Positions 24,601 to 37,600 of a stretch of DNA of 64,000 nucleotides are shown one piece after another. How positions within the stretch are numbered: the stretch's first letter is position 1; every line of letters starts with the position of its first letter. The translations under genes were made by a program, and so were the position numbers. The notes under the pieces were generated by a model that was not told the origin of the DNA, did no database searches, and saw nothing but the letters and a program-made list of their open reading frames with translations. This DNA comes from Antedon mediterranea (taxonomy: Eukaryota > Animalia > Echinodermata): the NCBI RefSeq assembly GCF_964355755.1, contig NC_092679.1, positions 8,834,201-8,898,200 of the forward strand, in the 5' to 3' direction.

Positions 24601-27600
24601 AAAATCACAAAATGGTCTAAAACGTTTCCAAATGCGATTTGAAGCTATTCTGTACACTTTGATGTTTTGTGTGAAAATTTTCTGTCGAAATGCTCAAAAT
24701 GGTCAAAAACGTTTTTAAATACGATATTAAGCTACTTTGTGCTCTTTGATGTTTTTGTGTGAAATGTTTTATCGAAATGCTCAAAATGGTCTAAAACGGT
24801 TTCTAATGTGATTTCAAGCACTTTGATGTTTTTGTATAACCAAGTTTTTCGAAAATCACAAAATTGTCTAAAACGTCTCCAAATGCAATTTGAAGCTATT
24901 CTGTACACTTTGATGTTTTTATGTTAACAAGTTTTTCGAAAATCACAAAATGGTCTAAAACGTCTCCAAATGCGATTTTAAGCTATTCTAAGCACTTTGG
25001 TGTTTTTATGTTAACAAGTTTTTCGAAAATCACAAAATTGTCTAAAACGTCTCCAAATGCGATTTGAAGCTATTCTGTACACTTTGATGTTTTTATGTTA
25101 ACAAGTATTTTAGAAAATCACAAAATGGTCTATAATGTCTCTAAATGCGATTTGAAGCTATTCTAAGCACTTTGGTGTTTTTATGTTAACAAGTTTTTTT
25201 CGAAAATCACAAAATGGTCTAAAACGTCTCCAAATGCGATTTGAAGCTATTTTAAGCACTTTGGTGTTTTTGTGTTAACAAGTTTTTCGAAATGCTCAAA
25301 ATGGTCTAAAACGTCTCCAAATGCGATTTGAAGCTATTCTAAGCACTTTGGTGTTTTTATGTTAACAAGTTTTTTCGAAAATCACAAAATGGTCTAAAAC
25401 GTCTCCAAATGCGGTTTTAAGCTATTCTGTACACTTTGGTGTTTTTATGTTAACAAGTTTTTTTCGAAAATCACAAAATGGTCTAAAACGTCTCCAAATG
25501 CGATTTGAAGCTATTCTGTACACTTTGATGTTTTTATGTTAACAAGTTTTTTCGAAAATCACAAAATGGTCTAAAACGTCTACAAATGCGATTTGAAGCT
25601 ATTCTAAGCACTTTTGTGTTTTTATGTTAACAAGTTTTTTCGAAAATCACAAAATGGTCTAAAACGTCTGCAAATGCGATTTGAAGCTATTCTTAGCACA
25701 TTGGTGTTTTTATTTAAACAAATTTTTTCGAAACTCACAAAATGGTCTAAAACGTCTCCAGATGCGATTTGAAGCTATTTTAAGCACTTTGGTGTTTTTG
25801 TGTTAACAAGTTTTTCTAAATGCTCAAAATGGTCTAAAACGTTTTTAAACACGATATTAAGCTATTTTGTGCTCTTTGATGTTTTTTTGTGAAAAGTTTT
25901 AGCGAAATGCTCAAAATGGTCTAAAACGATTTCTAATGTGATTTTAAGCACTTTGATGTTTTTATGTTAACTAGTTTTTTCGAAAATCAAAAATGGTCTA
26001 AAACGTCTCCAAATGTGATTTGAAGCTATTCTAAGCACTTTGGTGTTTTTATGTTAACAGTTTTTTCGAAAATCACAAAATGGTCTAAAACGTTTCCAAA
26101 TGCGATTTGAAGCTATTCTGTACACTTTGATGTTTTTATGGTAACAAGTTTTTTAGAAAATCACAAAATGGTCTAAAACATCTCCAAATGCGATTTAAAG
26201 CTATTTTAAGCACTTTTGTGTTTTTGTGTAACCAAGTTTTTTCGAAAATCACAAAAGGGTCTAAAATGTCTCTAAATGCGATTTGAAGCTACTCTAAGCA
26301 CTTTGGTGTTTTTATGTTAACAAGTTTTTTCGAAAATCAATAAATGGTCTAAAATTTCTCCAAATGCGATTTGAAGCTATTCTGTACACTTTACTGTTTT
26401 GTGTGAAAAATGTTTGTCGAAATCCTCAAAATGGTCAAAAACGTTTTTAAATACGATATTAAGCTATTTTGTGCTCTTTGATGTTTTTGTGTGAAAAGTT
26501 TTATCGAAATACTCAAAATGGTCTAAAACGGTTTCTAATGTGATTTTAAGCACTTTGATGTTTTTGTGTAACCAAGTTTTTTCGAAAATCACAAAATGGT
26601 CTAAAATGTCTCCAAATGCGATTTGAAGCTATTCTAAGCACTTTGGTGTTTTTATGGAAACAATTTTTTTCGAAAATCACAAAATGGTCTAAAACGTCTC
26701 CAATAGCAATTTGAAGCTTTTCTGTACACTTTGGTGTTTTTATGTTAACAAGTTTTTTCGAAAATCACAAAATGGTCTAAAACGTCTCCCAATGCGATTT
26801 GAAGCTATTCTGTACACTTTGATGTTTTTATGTTAACAAGTTTTTTATAAAATCACAAAATGGTCTAAAACGTCTCCAAATGCGATTTGAAGCTATTCTG
26901 TACACTTTGATGTTTTTATGTTAACAAGTTTTTTCGAAAATCACAAAATGGTCTAAAACGTCTCCAAATGCGATTTGAAGCTATTTTAAGCACTTTGGTG
27001 TTTTTGTGTTCACAAGTTTTTCGAAATGCTCAAAATGGTCTAAAACGTCTCCAAATGCGATTTGAAGCTATTCTAAGCACTTTGGTGTTTTTATGTTAAC
27101 AAGTTTTTTCGAAAATCACAAAATGGTATAAAACGTCTCCAAATGCGATTTGAAGCTATTCTAAGCACTTTGGTGTTTTTATGTTAACAAGTTTTTTCGA
27201 AAATCACAAAATGGTCTAAAACGTTTCCAAATGCGATTTGAAGCTATTCTGTACACTTTGATGTTTTGTGTGAAAATTTTCTTTCGAAATGCTCAAAATG
27301 GTCAAAAACGTTTTTAAATACGATATTAAGCTACTTTGTGCTCTTTGATGTTTTTGTGTGAAATGTTTTATCGAAATGCTCAAAATGGTCTAAAACGGTT
27401 TCTAATGTGATTTCAAGCACTTTGATGTTTTTGTGTAACCAAGTTTTTCGAAAATCACAAAATTGTCTAAAACGTCTCCAAATGCGATTTGAAGCTATTC
27501 TGTACACTTTGATGTTTTTATGTTAACAAGTTTTTCGAAAATCACAAAATGGTCTAAAACGTCTCCAAATTCGATTTTAAGCTATTCTAAGCACTTTGGT

Positions 27601-28500
27601 GTTTTTATGTTAACAAGTTTTTTTGAAAATCACAAAATGGTCTAAAACGTCTCTAAATGCGATTTGAAGCTTTTCTGTACACTTTGATGTTTTTATGTTA
27701 ACAACTTTTTTCGAAAATCACAAAATGGTCTAAAATGTCTCCAAATGCGATTTGAAGCTATTCTAAGCACTTTGGTGTTTTTATGGAAAAAATTTTTTTC
27801 GAAAATCACAAAATGGTCTAAAACGTCTCCAATAGCGATTTGAAGCTTTTCTGTACACTTTGGTGTTTTTATGTTAACAAGTTTTTTCGAAAATCACAAA
27901 ATGGTCTAAAACGTCTCCAAATGCGATTTGAAGCTATTCTGTACATTTTGATGTTTTTATGTTAACTAGTTTTTTCGAAAATCACAAAATGGTCTAAAAC
28001 GTCTACAAATGCGATTTGAAGCTATTCTGTACACTTTGATGTTTTTATGTTAACAAGTTTTTTCGAAAATCACAAAATGGTCTAAAACGTTTCCAAATGC
28101 GATTTGAAGCTATTCTGTACACTTTGATGTTTTGTGTGAAAATTTTCTGTCGAAATGCTCAAAATGGTCAAAAACGTTTTTAAATACGATATTAAGCTAC
28201 TTTGTGCTCTTTGATGTTTTTGTGTGAAATGTTTTATCGAAATGCTCAAAATGGTCTAAAACGGTTTCTAATGTGATTTCAAGCACTTTGATGTTTTTGT
28301 ATAACCAAGTTTTTCGAAAATCACAAAATTGTCTAAAACGTCTCCAAATGCAATTTGAAGCTATTCTGTACACTTTGATGTTTTTATGTTAACAAGTTTT
28401 TCGAAAATCACAAAATGGTCTAAAACGTCTCCAAATGCGATTTTAAGCTATTCTAAGCACTTTGGTGTTTTTATGTTAACAAGTTTTTCGAAAATCACAA
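21650..28500 (+). repeat. Tandem duplication of satellite, period ~3376 bp (boundaries approximate)
   Basis: Rare variant GCGGTTTTAAGC at 22035 and 25411, and TCAATAAATGG at 22960 and 26337. The second unit has an extra monomer near 27.9 kb. Confidence 0.82.
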
Positions 28501-31040
28501 AATTGTCTAAAACGTCTCCAAATGCGATTTGAAGCTATTCTGTACACTTTGATGTTTTTATGTTAACAACTTTTTTCGAAAATCACAAAATGGTCTAAAA
28601 TGTCTCCAAAATGCGATTTGAAGTTATTCTAAGCACTTTGGTGTTTTTATGGAAACAATTTTTTTCGAAAATCACAAAATGGTCTAAAACGTCTCCAATA
28701 GCGATTTGAAGCTTTTCTGTACACTTTGGTGTTTTTATGTTAACAAGTTTTTTCGAAAATCACAAAATGGTCTAAAACGTCTACAAATGCGATTTGAAGC
28801 TATTCTAAGCACTTTTGTGTTTTTATGTTAACAAGTTTTTTCGAAAATCACAAAATGGTCTAAAACGTCTGCAAATGCGATTTGAAGCTATTCTTAGCAC
28901 ATTGGTGTTTTTATTTAAACAAATTTTTTCGAAACTCACAAAATGGTCTAAAACGTCTCCAAATGCGATTGCAAGCTATTTTAAGCACTTTGGTATTTTT
29001 GTGTTAACAAGTTTTTCGAAATGCTCAAAATGGTCTAAAACGTTTTTAAACACGATATTAAGCTATTTTGTGCTCTTTGATTTTTTTTGTGAAAAGTTTT
29101 AGCGAAATGCTCAAAATGGTCTAAAACGATTTCTAATGTGATTTTAAGGACTTTGATGTTTTTATGTTAACTAGTTTTTTCGAAAATCACAAAATGGTCT
29201 AAAACGTCTCCAAATGCGATTTGAAGCTATTCTAAGCACTTTGGTGTTTTTATGTTAACAAGTTTTTTGGAAAATCACAAAATGGTATAAAACGTCTCCA
29301 AATGCGATTTGAAGCTATTCTAAGCACTTTGGTGTTTTTATGTTAACAAGTTTTTTCGAAAATCACAAAATGGTCTAAAACGTCTCCAAATGCGATTTGA
29401 AGATATTTTAAGCACTTTGGTGTTTTTGTGTTAACAAGTTTTTCGAAATGCTCAAAATGGTCTAAAACGTCTCCAAATGCGATTTGAAGCTAATCTAAGC
29501 ACTTTGGTGTTTTTATGTTAACAAGTTTTTTCAAAAATCACAAAATGGTCTAAAACGTTTCCAAATGCGATTTGAAGCTATTCTGTACACTTTGATGTTT
29601 TGTGTGAAAATTTTCTGTCGAAATGCTCAAAATGGTCAAAAACGTTTTTAAATACGATATTAAGCTACTTTGTGCTCTTTGATGTTTTTGTGTGAAATGT
29701 TTTATCGAAATGCTCAAAATGGTCTAAAACGGTTTCTAATGTGATTTCAAGCACTTTGATGTTTTTGTGTAACCAAGTTTTTCGAAAATCACAAAATTTT
29801 CTAAAACGTCTCCAAATGCGATTTGAAGCTATTCTGTACACTTTGATGTTTTTATGTTAACAAGTTTTTCGAAAATCACAAAATGGTCTAAAACGTCTCC
29901 AAATGCGATTTTAAGCTATTCTAAGCACTTTGGTGTTTTTATGGTAACAAGTTTTTTTGAAAATCACAAAATGGTCTAAAACGTCTCCAAATGTGATTTG
30001 AAGCTATTCTGTACACTTTGATGTTTTTATGTTAACAAGTTTTTTCGAAAATCACAAAATGGTCTAAAACGTCTACAAATGCGTATTGAAGCTAATCTGT
30101 ACACTTTGATGTTTTTATGTTAACAAGTTTTTTAGAAAATCACAAAATGGTCTAAAACGTCTCCAAATGCGATTTGAAGCTATTCTGTACACTTTGATGT
30201 TTTGTGTGAAAATTTTCTGTCGAAATGCTCAAAATGGTCAAAAACGTTTTTAAATACGATATTAAGCTACTTTGTGCTCTTTGATGTTTTTGTGTGAAAT
30301 GTTTTATCGAAATGCTCAAAATGGTCTAAAATGGTTTCTAATGTGATTTCAAGCACTTTGATGTTTTTGTATAACCAAGTTTTTCGAAAATCACAAAATT
30401 GTCTAAAACGTCTCCAAATGCGATTTGAAGCTATTCTGTACACTTTGATGTTTTTATGTTAACAAGTTTTTCGAAAATCACAAAATGGTCTAAAACGTCT
30501 CCAAATGCGATTTTAAGCTATTCTAAGCACTTTGGTGTTTTTATGTTAACAAGTTTTTCGAAAATCACAAAATGGTCTAAAACGTCTCCAAATGCGATTT
30601 GAAGCTATTCTGTACACTTTGATGTTTTTATGTTAACAAGTTTTTTCGAAAATCAAAAATGGTCTAAAACGTCTACAAATGCGATTTGAAGCTATTCTAA
30701 GCACTTTTGTGTTTTTATGTTAACAAGTTTTTTCGAAAATCACAAAATGGTCTAAAACGTCTGCAAATGCGATTTGAAGCTATTCTTAGCACATTGGTGT
30801 TTTTATTTAAACAAATTTTTTCGAAACTCACAAAATGGTCTAAAACGTCTCCAAATGCGATTTGAAGCTATTTTAAGCACTTTGGTGTTTTTGTGTTAAC
30901 AAGTTTTTCGAAATGCTCAAAATGGTCTAAAACGTTTTTAAACACGATATTAAGCTATTTTGTGCTCTTTGATGTTTTTTTGTGAAAAGTTTTAGCGAAA
31001 TGCTCAAAATGGTGTAAAACGATTTCTAATGTGATTTTAA

Positions 31041-31666
31041 AGACCCCTTCCCTGCAATTTTGGACGTTTTTTGGAAAATAATACATATATATCACTTTAA
31101 AAACATTAAACCATGTCATTCCTTGTCTTAAATGTACGTTTTATGGTAAATTATGATAAAAAGTGAGAAACAATGCACTACCTAAGTAGCTCGCGGCGAT
31201 CGACCTCTCGTGGACGGTCTTAGGCCTAGCCTAGCTAGGCTTAGTTTTGTAGGCCTAGCTGGTAAACATCGATAACGTACGAACATCGTACGCTAGCTAT
31301 ATACCTAGCCTGACGTTGTATAGTTGCTGCATTAATTGTCTTTTTATTTTTGCCAGACTCCGTTGATACAAATTGGGGAAAACCCGGTATTTTCGCTGAA
31401 AAGTTAGGAGTCTTCCATTTGTTTTGGCTTCACGATCGATCGAAAAGTGGGCGAATTACAGGTGAAAAACAAAAATATCAATCCGCGCGCAATGCATTTT
31501 GGGATTTATAGCGGGCCGCTATAATTATTAGAATCGATTTATTTTTCACATTTTTAACCGTTTAAAGACGAAAAAAGTTATCGCAATATGACCATATAGT
31601 ATTATTTTTACATTAAATATAGTTTGTGATCTTAAATTAGATCTAAAAAACGTAGGGAATGGGGCT
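31041..31666. mobile_element. Kolobok-type non-autonomous element, copy 4, 626 bp
   Basis: TTAA at 31037-31040 and 31667-31670; one private C>T at 31344. Confidence 0.9.
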
Positions 31667-34024
31667 TTAAGCACTTTGATGTTTTCATGTTAACTAGTTT
31701 TTTCGAAAATCACAAAATGGTCTAAAACGTCTCCAAATGTAATTTGAAGCTATTCTAAGCACTTGGGTGTTTTTATGTTAACAGTTTTTTCGAAAATCAC
31801 AAAATGGTCTAAAACGTTTCCAAATGCGATTTGAAGCTATTCTGTACACTTTGATGCTTTTATGGTAACAAGTTTTTTCAAAAATCACAAAATGGTCTAA
31901 AATGTCTCCAAATGCGATTTGAAGCTATTCTAAGCACTTTGGTGTTTTTATGGAAACAATTTTTTTCGAAAATCACAAAATGGTCTAAAACGTCTCCAAT
32001 AGCAATTTGAAGCTTTTCTGTACACTTTGGTGTTTTTATGTTAACAAGTTTTTTCGAAAATCACAAAATGGTCTAAAACGTTTCCAAATGCGATTTGAAG
32101 CTATTCTGTACACTTTGATGCTTTTATGGTAACAAGTTTTTTAGAAAATCACAAAATGGTCTAAAACATCTCCAAATGCGATTTAAAGCTATTTTAAGCA
32201 CTTTTGTGTTTTTGTGTAACCAAGTTTTTTCGAAAATCACAAAAGGGTCAAAAATGTCTCTAAATGCGATTTGAAGCTACTCAAATAGCGATTTGAAGCT
32301 TTTCTGTACACTTTGGTGTTTTTATGTTAACAAGTTTTTTCGAAAATCACAAAATGGTCTAAAACGTCTCCAAATGCGTTTTGAAGCTATTTTAAGCACT
32401 TTGGTGTTTTTATCTTAACAAGTTTTTTCGAAAATCACAAAATGGTCTAAAACGTCTTCAAATGCGATTGAAGCTATTCTAAGCACTTTGGTGTTTTTAT
32501 GTTAACAAGTTTTTTCAAAAATCACAAAACGGTCTAAAACGTCTCCAAATGCGATTTGAAGCTATTCTGTACACTTTGATGTTTTTATGTTAACAAGTTT
32601 TTTCAAAAAACACAAAATGGTCTAAAACGTTTCCAAATGCGATTTGAAGCTATTCTGTACACTTTGATGTTTTGTGTGAAAATTTTCTGTCGAAATGTTC
32701 AAAATGGTCAAAAACGTTTTTAAATACGATATTAAGCTACTTTGTGCTCTTTGATGTTTTTGTGTGAAAAGTTTTATCGAAATGCTCAAAATGGTCTAAA
32801 ACGGTTTCTAATGTGATTTCAAGCACTTTGATGTTTTTGTGTAACCAAGTTTTTCGAAAATCACAAAATTGTCTAAAACGTCTCCAAATGCGATTTGAAG
32901 CTATTCTGTACACTTTGATGTTTTTATGTTAACAAGTTTTTTCGAAAATCACAAAAGAGTCTAAAATATCTCGAAATGCGATTTGAAGCTATTCTAAGCA
33001 CTTTGGTGTTTTTATGTTAACAAGTTTTTTCGAAATCACAAAATGGTCTAAAATGTCTCCAAATGCGATTTGAAGCTATTCTAAGCACTTTGGTGTTTTT
33101 ATGTTAACAAGTTTTTTAGAAAATCACAAAATGGTCTAAAACGTCTCCAAATGCGATTTGAAGCTATTCTGTACACTTTGATGTTTTGTGTGAAAATTTT
33201 CTGTCGAAATGCTCAAAATGGTCAAAAACGTTTTTAAATACGATATTAAGCTACTTTGTGCTCTTTGATGTTTTTGTGTGAAATGTTTTATCGAAATGCT
33301 CAAAATGGTCTAAAATGGTTTCTAATGTGATTTCAAGCACTTTGATGTTTTTGTATAACCAAGTTTTTCGAAAATCACAAAATTGTCTAAAACGTCTCCA
33401 AATGCGATTTGAAGCTATTCTGTACACTTTGATGTTTTTATGTTAACAAGTTTTTCGAAAATCACAAAATGGTCTAAAACGTCTCCAAATGCGATTTTAA
33501 GCTATTCTAAGCACTTTGGTGTTTTTATGTTAACAAGTTTTTCGAAAATCACAAAATGGTCTAAAACGTCTCCAAATGCGATTTGAAGCTATTCTGTACA
33601 CTTTGATGTTTTTATGTTAACAAGTTTTTTCGAAAATCAAAAATGGTCTAAAACGTCTACAAATGCGATTTGAAGCTATTCTAAGCACTTTTGTGTTTTT
33701 ATGTTAACAAGTTTTTTCGAAAATCACAAAATGGTCTAAAACGTCTGCAAATGCGATTTGAAGCTATTCTTAGCACATTGGTGTTTTTATTTAAACAAAT
33801 TTTTTCGAAACTCACAAAATGGTCTAAAACGTCTCCAAATGCGATTTGAAGCTATTTTAAGCACTTTGGTGTTTTTGTGTTAACAAGTTTTTCGAAATGC
33901 TCAAAATGGTCTAAAACGTTTTTAAACACGATATTAAGCTATTTTGTGCTCTTTGATGTTTTTTTGTGAAAAGTTTTAGCGAAATGCTCAAAATGGTGTA
34001 AAACGATTTCTAATGTGATTTTAA

Positions 34025-34650
34025 AGACCCCTTCCCTGCAATTTTGGACGTTTTTTGGAAAATAATACATATATATCACTTTAAAAACATTAAACCATGT
34101 CATTCCTTGTCTTAAATGTACGTTTTATGGTAAATTATGATAAAAAGTGAGAAACAATGCACTACCTAAGTAGCTCGCGGCGATCGACCTCTCGTGGACG
34201 GTCTTAGGCCTAGCCTAGCTAGGCTTAGTTTTGTAGGCCTAGCTGGTAAACATCGATAACGTACGAACATCGTACGCTAGCTATATACCTAGCCTGACGT
34301 TGTATAGTTGCTGCATTAATTGTCTTTCTATTTTTGCCAGACTCCGTTGATACAAATTGGGGAAAACCCGGTATTTTCGCTGAAAAGTTAGGAGTCTTCC
34401 ATTTGTTTTGGCTTTACGATCGATCGAAAAGTGGGCGAATTACAGGTGAAAAACAAAAATATCAATCCGCGTGCAATGCATTTTGGGATTTATAGCGGGC
34501 CGCTATAATTATTAGAATCGATTTATTTTTCACATTTTTAACCGTTTAAAGACGAAAAAAGTTATCGCAATATGACCATATAGTATTATTTTTACATTAA
34601 ATATAGTTTGTGATCTTAAATTAGATCTAAAAAACGTAGGGAATGGGGCT
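34025..34650. mobile_element. Kolobok-type non-autonomous element, copy 5, 626 bp
   Basis: TTAA at 34021-34024 and 34651-34654; shares two diagnostic T alleles (34415, 34472) with copy 1 (7213, 7270). Confidence 0.9.
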
Positions 34651-37600
34651 TTAAGCACTTTGATGTTTTTATGTTAACTAGTTTTTTCGAAAATCACAAA
34701 ATGGTCTAAAACGTCTCCAAATGTAATTTGAAGCTATTCTAAGCACTTGGGTGTTTTTATGTTAACAGTTTTTTCGAAAATCACAAAATGGTCTAAAACG
34801 TTTCCAAATGCGATTTGAAGCTATTCTGTACACTTTGATGCTTTTATGGTAACAAGTTTTTTCAAAAATCACAAAATGGTCTAAAATGTCTCCAAATGCG
34901 ACTTGAAGCTATTCTAAGCACTTTGGTGTTTTTATGGAAACAATTTTTTTCGAAAATCACAAAATGGTCTAAAACGTCTCCAATAGCGATTTGAAGCTTT
35001 TCTGTACACTTTGGTGTTTTTATGTTAACAAGTTTTTTCGAAAATCACAAAATGGTCTAAAACGTTTCCAAATGCGATTTGAAGCTATTCTGTACACTTT
35101 GATGCTTTTATGGTAACAAGTTTTTTAGAAAATCACAAAATGGTCTAAAACATCTCCAAATGCGATTTAAAGCTATTTTAAGCACTTTTGTGTTTTTGTG
35201 TAACCAAGTTTTTTCGAAAATCACAAAAGGGTCAAAAATGTCTCTAAATGCGATTTGAAGCTACTCTAAGCACTTTGGTGTTTTTATGTTAACAAGTTTT
35301 TTCGAAAATCACAAAATGGTCTAAAATGTCTCCAAATGCGATTTGAAGCTATTCTGTACACTTTGCTGTTTTGTGTGAAAAATGTTTGTCGAAATCCTCA
35401 AAATGGTCAAAAACGTTTTTAAATACGATATTAAGCTATTTTTTGCTCTTTGATGTTTTTGTGTGAAAAGTTTTATCGAAATACTCAAAATGGTCTAAAA
35501 CGGTTTCTAATGTGATTTTAAGCACTTTGATGTTTTTGTGTAACCAAGTTTTTTCGAAAATCACAAAATGGTCTAAAATGTCTCCAAATGCGATTTGAAG
35601 CTATTCTAAGCACTTTGGTGTTTTTATGAAAACAATTTTTTTCGAAAATCACAAAATGGTCTAAAACGTCTCCAATAGCAATTTGAAGCTTTTCTGTACA
35701 CTTTGGTGTTTTTATGTTAACAAGTTTTTTCGAAAATCACAAAATGGTCTAAAACGTCTCCAAATGCGATTTGAAGCTATTCTGTACACTTTGATGTTTT
35801 TATGTTCACAAGTTTTTTATAAAATCACAAAATGGTATAAAACGTCTCCAAATGCGATTTGAAGCTATTCTGTACACTTTGATGTTTTTATGTTAACAAG
35901 TTTTTTCGAAAATCACAAAAGGGTCTAAAATGTCTCGAAATGCGATTTGAAGCTATTCTAAGCACTTTGGTGTTTTTATGTTAACAAGTTTTTTCGAAAA
36001 TCACAAAATGGTCTAAAACGTCTCCAAATGCGATTTGAAGCTATTCTAAGCACTTTGGTGTTTTTATATTAACAAGTTTTTTCGAAAATCACAAAATGGT
36101 CTAAAACGTCTCCAAATGCGATTTGAAGCTATTTTAAGCACTTTGGTGCTTTTGTGTAACCAAGTTTTTTCGAAAATCACGAAATGGTCTAAAACGTCTC
36201 CAAATGCGATTTGAAGCTATTCTAAGCACTTTGGTGTTTTTACGTTAACAAGTTTTTTCGAAAATCACAAAATGGTCTAAAACGTCTCCAAATGCGATTT
36301 GAAGCTATTCTGTACACTTTGATGTTTTTATGTTAACAAGTTTTTTCGAAAATCACAAAATGGTCTAAAACGTCTCCAAATGCGATTTAAAGCTATTTTA
36401 AGCACTTTTGTGTTTTTGTGTAACCAAGTTTTTTCGAAAATCACAAAAGGGTCTAAAATTTCTGTAAATGCGATTTGAAGCTATTTAAAGCACTTTGGTG
36501 TTTTTAGGTTAACAAGTTTTTTCGAAAATCACAAAATGGTCTAAAACGTCTACAAATGCGATTTGAAGCTATTCTAAGCACTTTTGTGTTTTTATGTTAA
36601 CAAGTTTTTTCGAGAATCACAAAATGGTCTAAAACGTCTCCAAATGCGATTTGAAGCTATTTTAAGCACTTTGTTGTTTTTGTGTTAACAAGTTTTTCGA
36701 AATGCTCAAAATGGTCTAAAACGTCTCCAAATGCGATTTGAAGCTATTCTAAGCACTTTGGTGTTTTTATGTTAACAAGTTTTTTCGAAAATCACAAAAT
36801 GGTATAAAACGTCTCCAAATGCGATTTGAAGCTATTCTAAGCACTTTGGTGTTTTTATGTTAACAAGTTTTTTCGAAAATCATAAAATGGTCTAAAACGT
36901 TTCCAAATGCGATTTCAAGCTATTCTGTACACTTTGATGTTTTGTGTGAAAATTTTCTTTCGAAATGCTCAAAATGGTCAAAAACGTTTTTAAATACGAT
37001 ATTAAGCTACTTTGTGCTCTTTGATGTTTTTGTGTGAAATGTTTTATCGAAATGCTCAAAATGTTCTAAAACGGTTTCTAATGTGATTTCAAGCACTTTG
37101 ATGTTTTTGTGTAACCAAGTTTTTCGAAAATCACAAAATTGTCTAAAACGTCTCCAAATGCGATTTGAAGCTATTCTGTACACTTTGATGTTTTTATGTT
37201 AACAAGTTTTTCGAAAATCACAAAATGGTCTAAAACGTCTCCAAATGCGATTTTAAGCTATTCTAAGCACTTTGGTGTTTTTATGTCAACAAGTTTTTTT
37301 GAAAATCACAAAATGGTCTAAAACGTCTCTAAATGCGATTTGAAGCTTTTCTGTACACTTTGATGTTTTTATGTTAACAACTTTTTTCGAAAATCACAAA
37401 ATGGTCTAAAATGTCTCCAAATGCGATTTGAAGCTATTCTAAGCACTTTGGTGTTTTTATGGAAACAATTTTTTTCGAAAATCACAAAATGGTCTAAAAC
37501 GTCTCCAATAGCGATTTGAAGCTTTTCTTTACACTTTGGTGTTTTTATGTTAACAAGTTTTTTCGAAAATCACAAAATGGTCTAAAACGTCTCCAAATGC

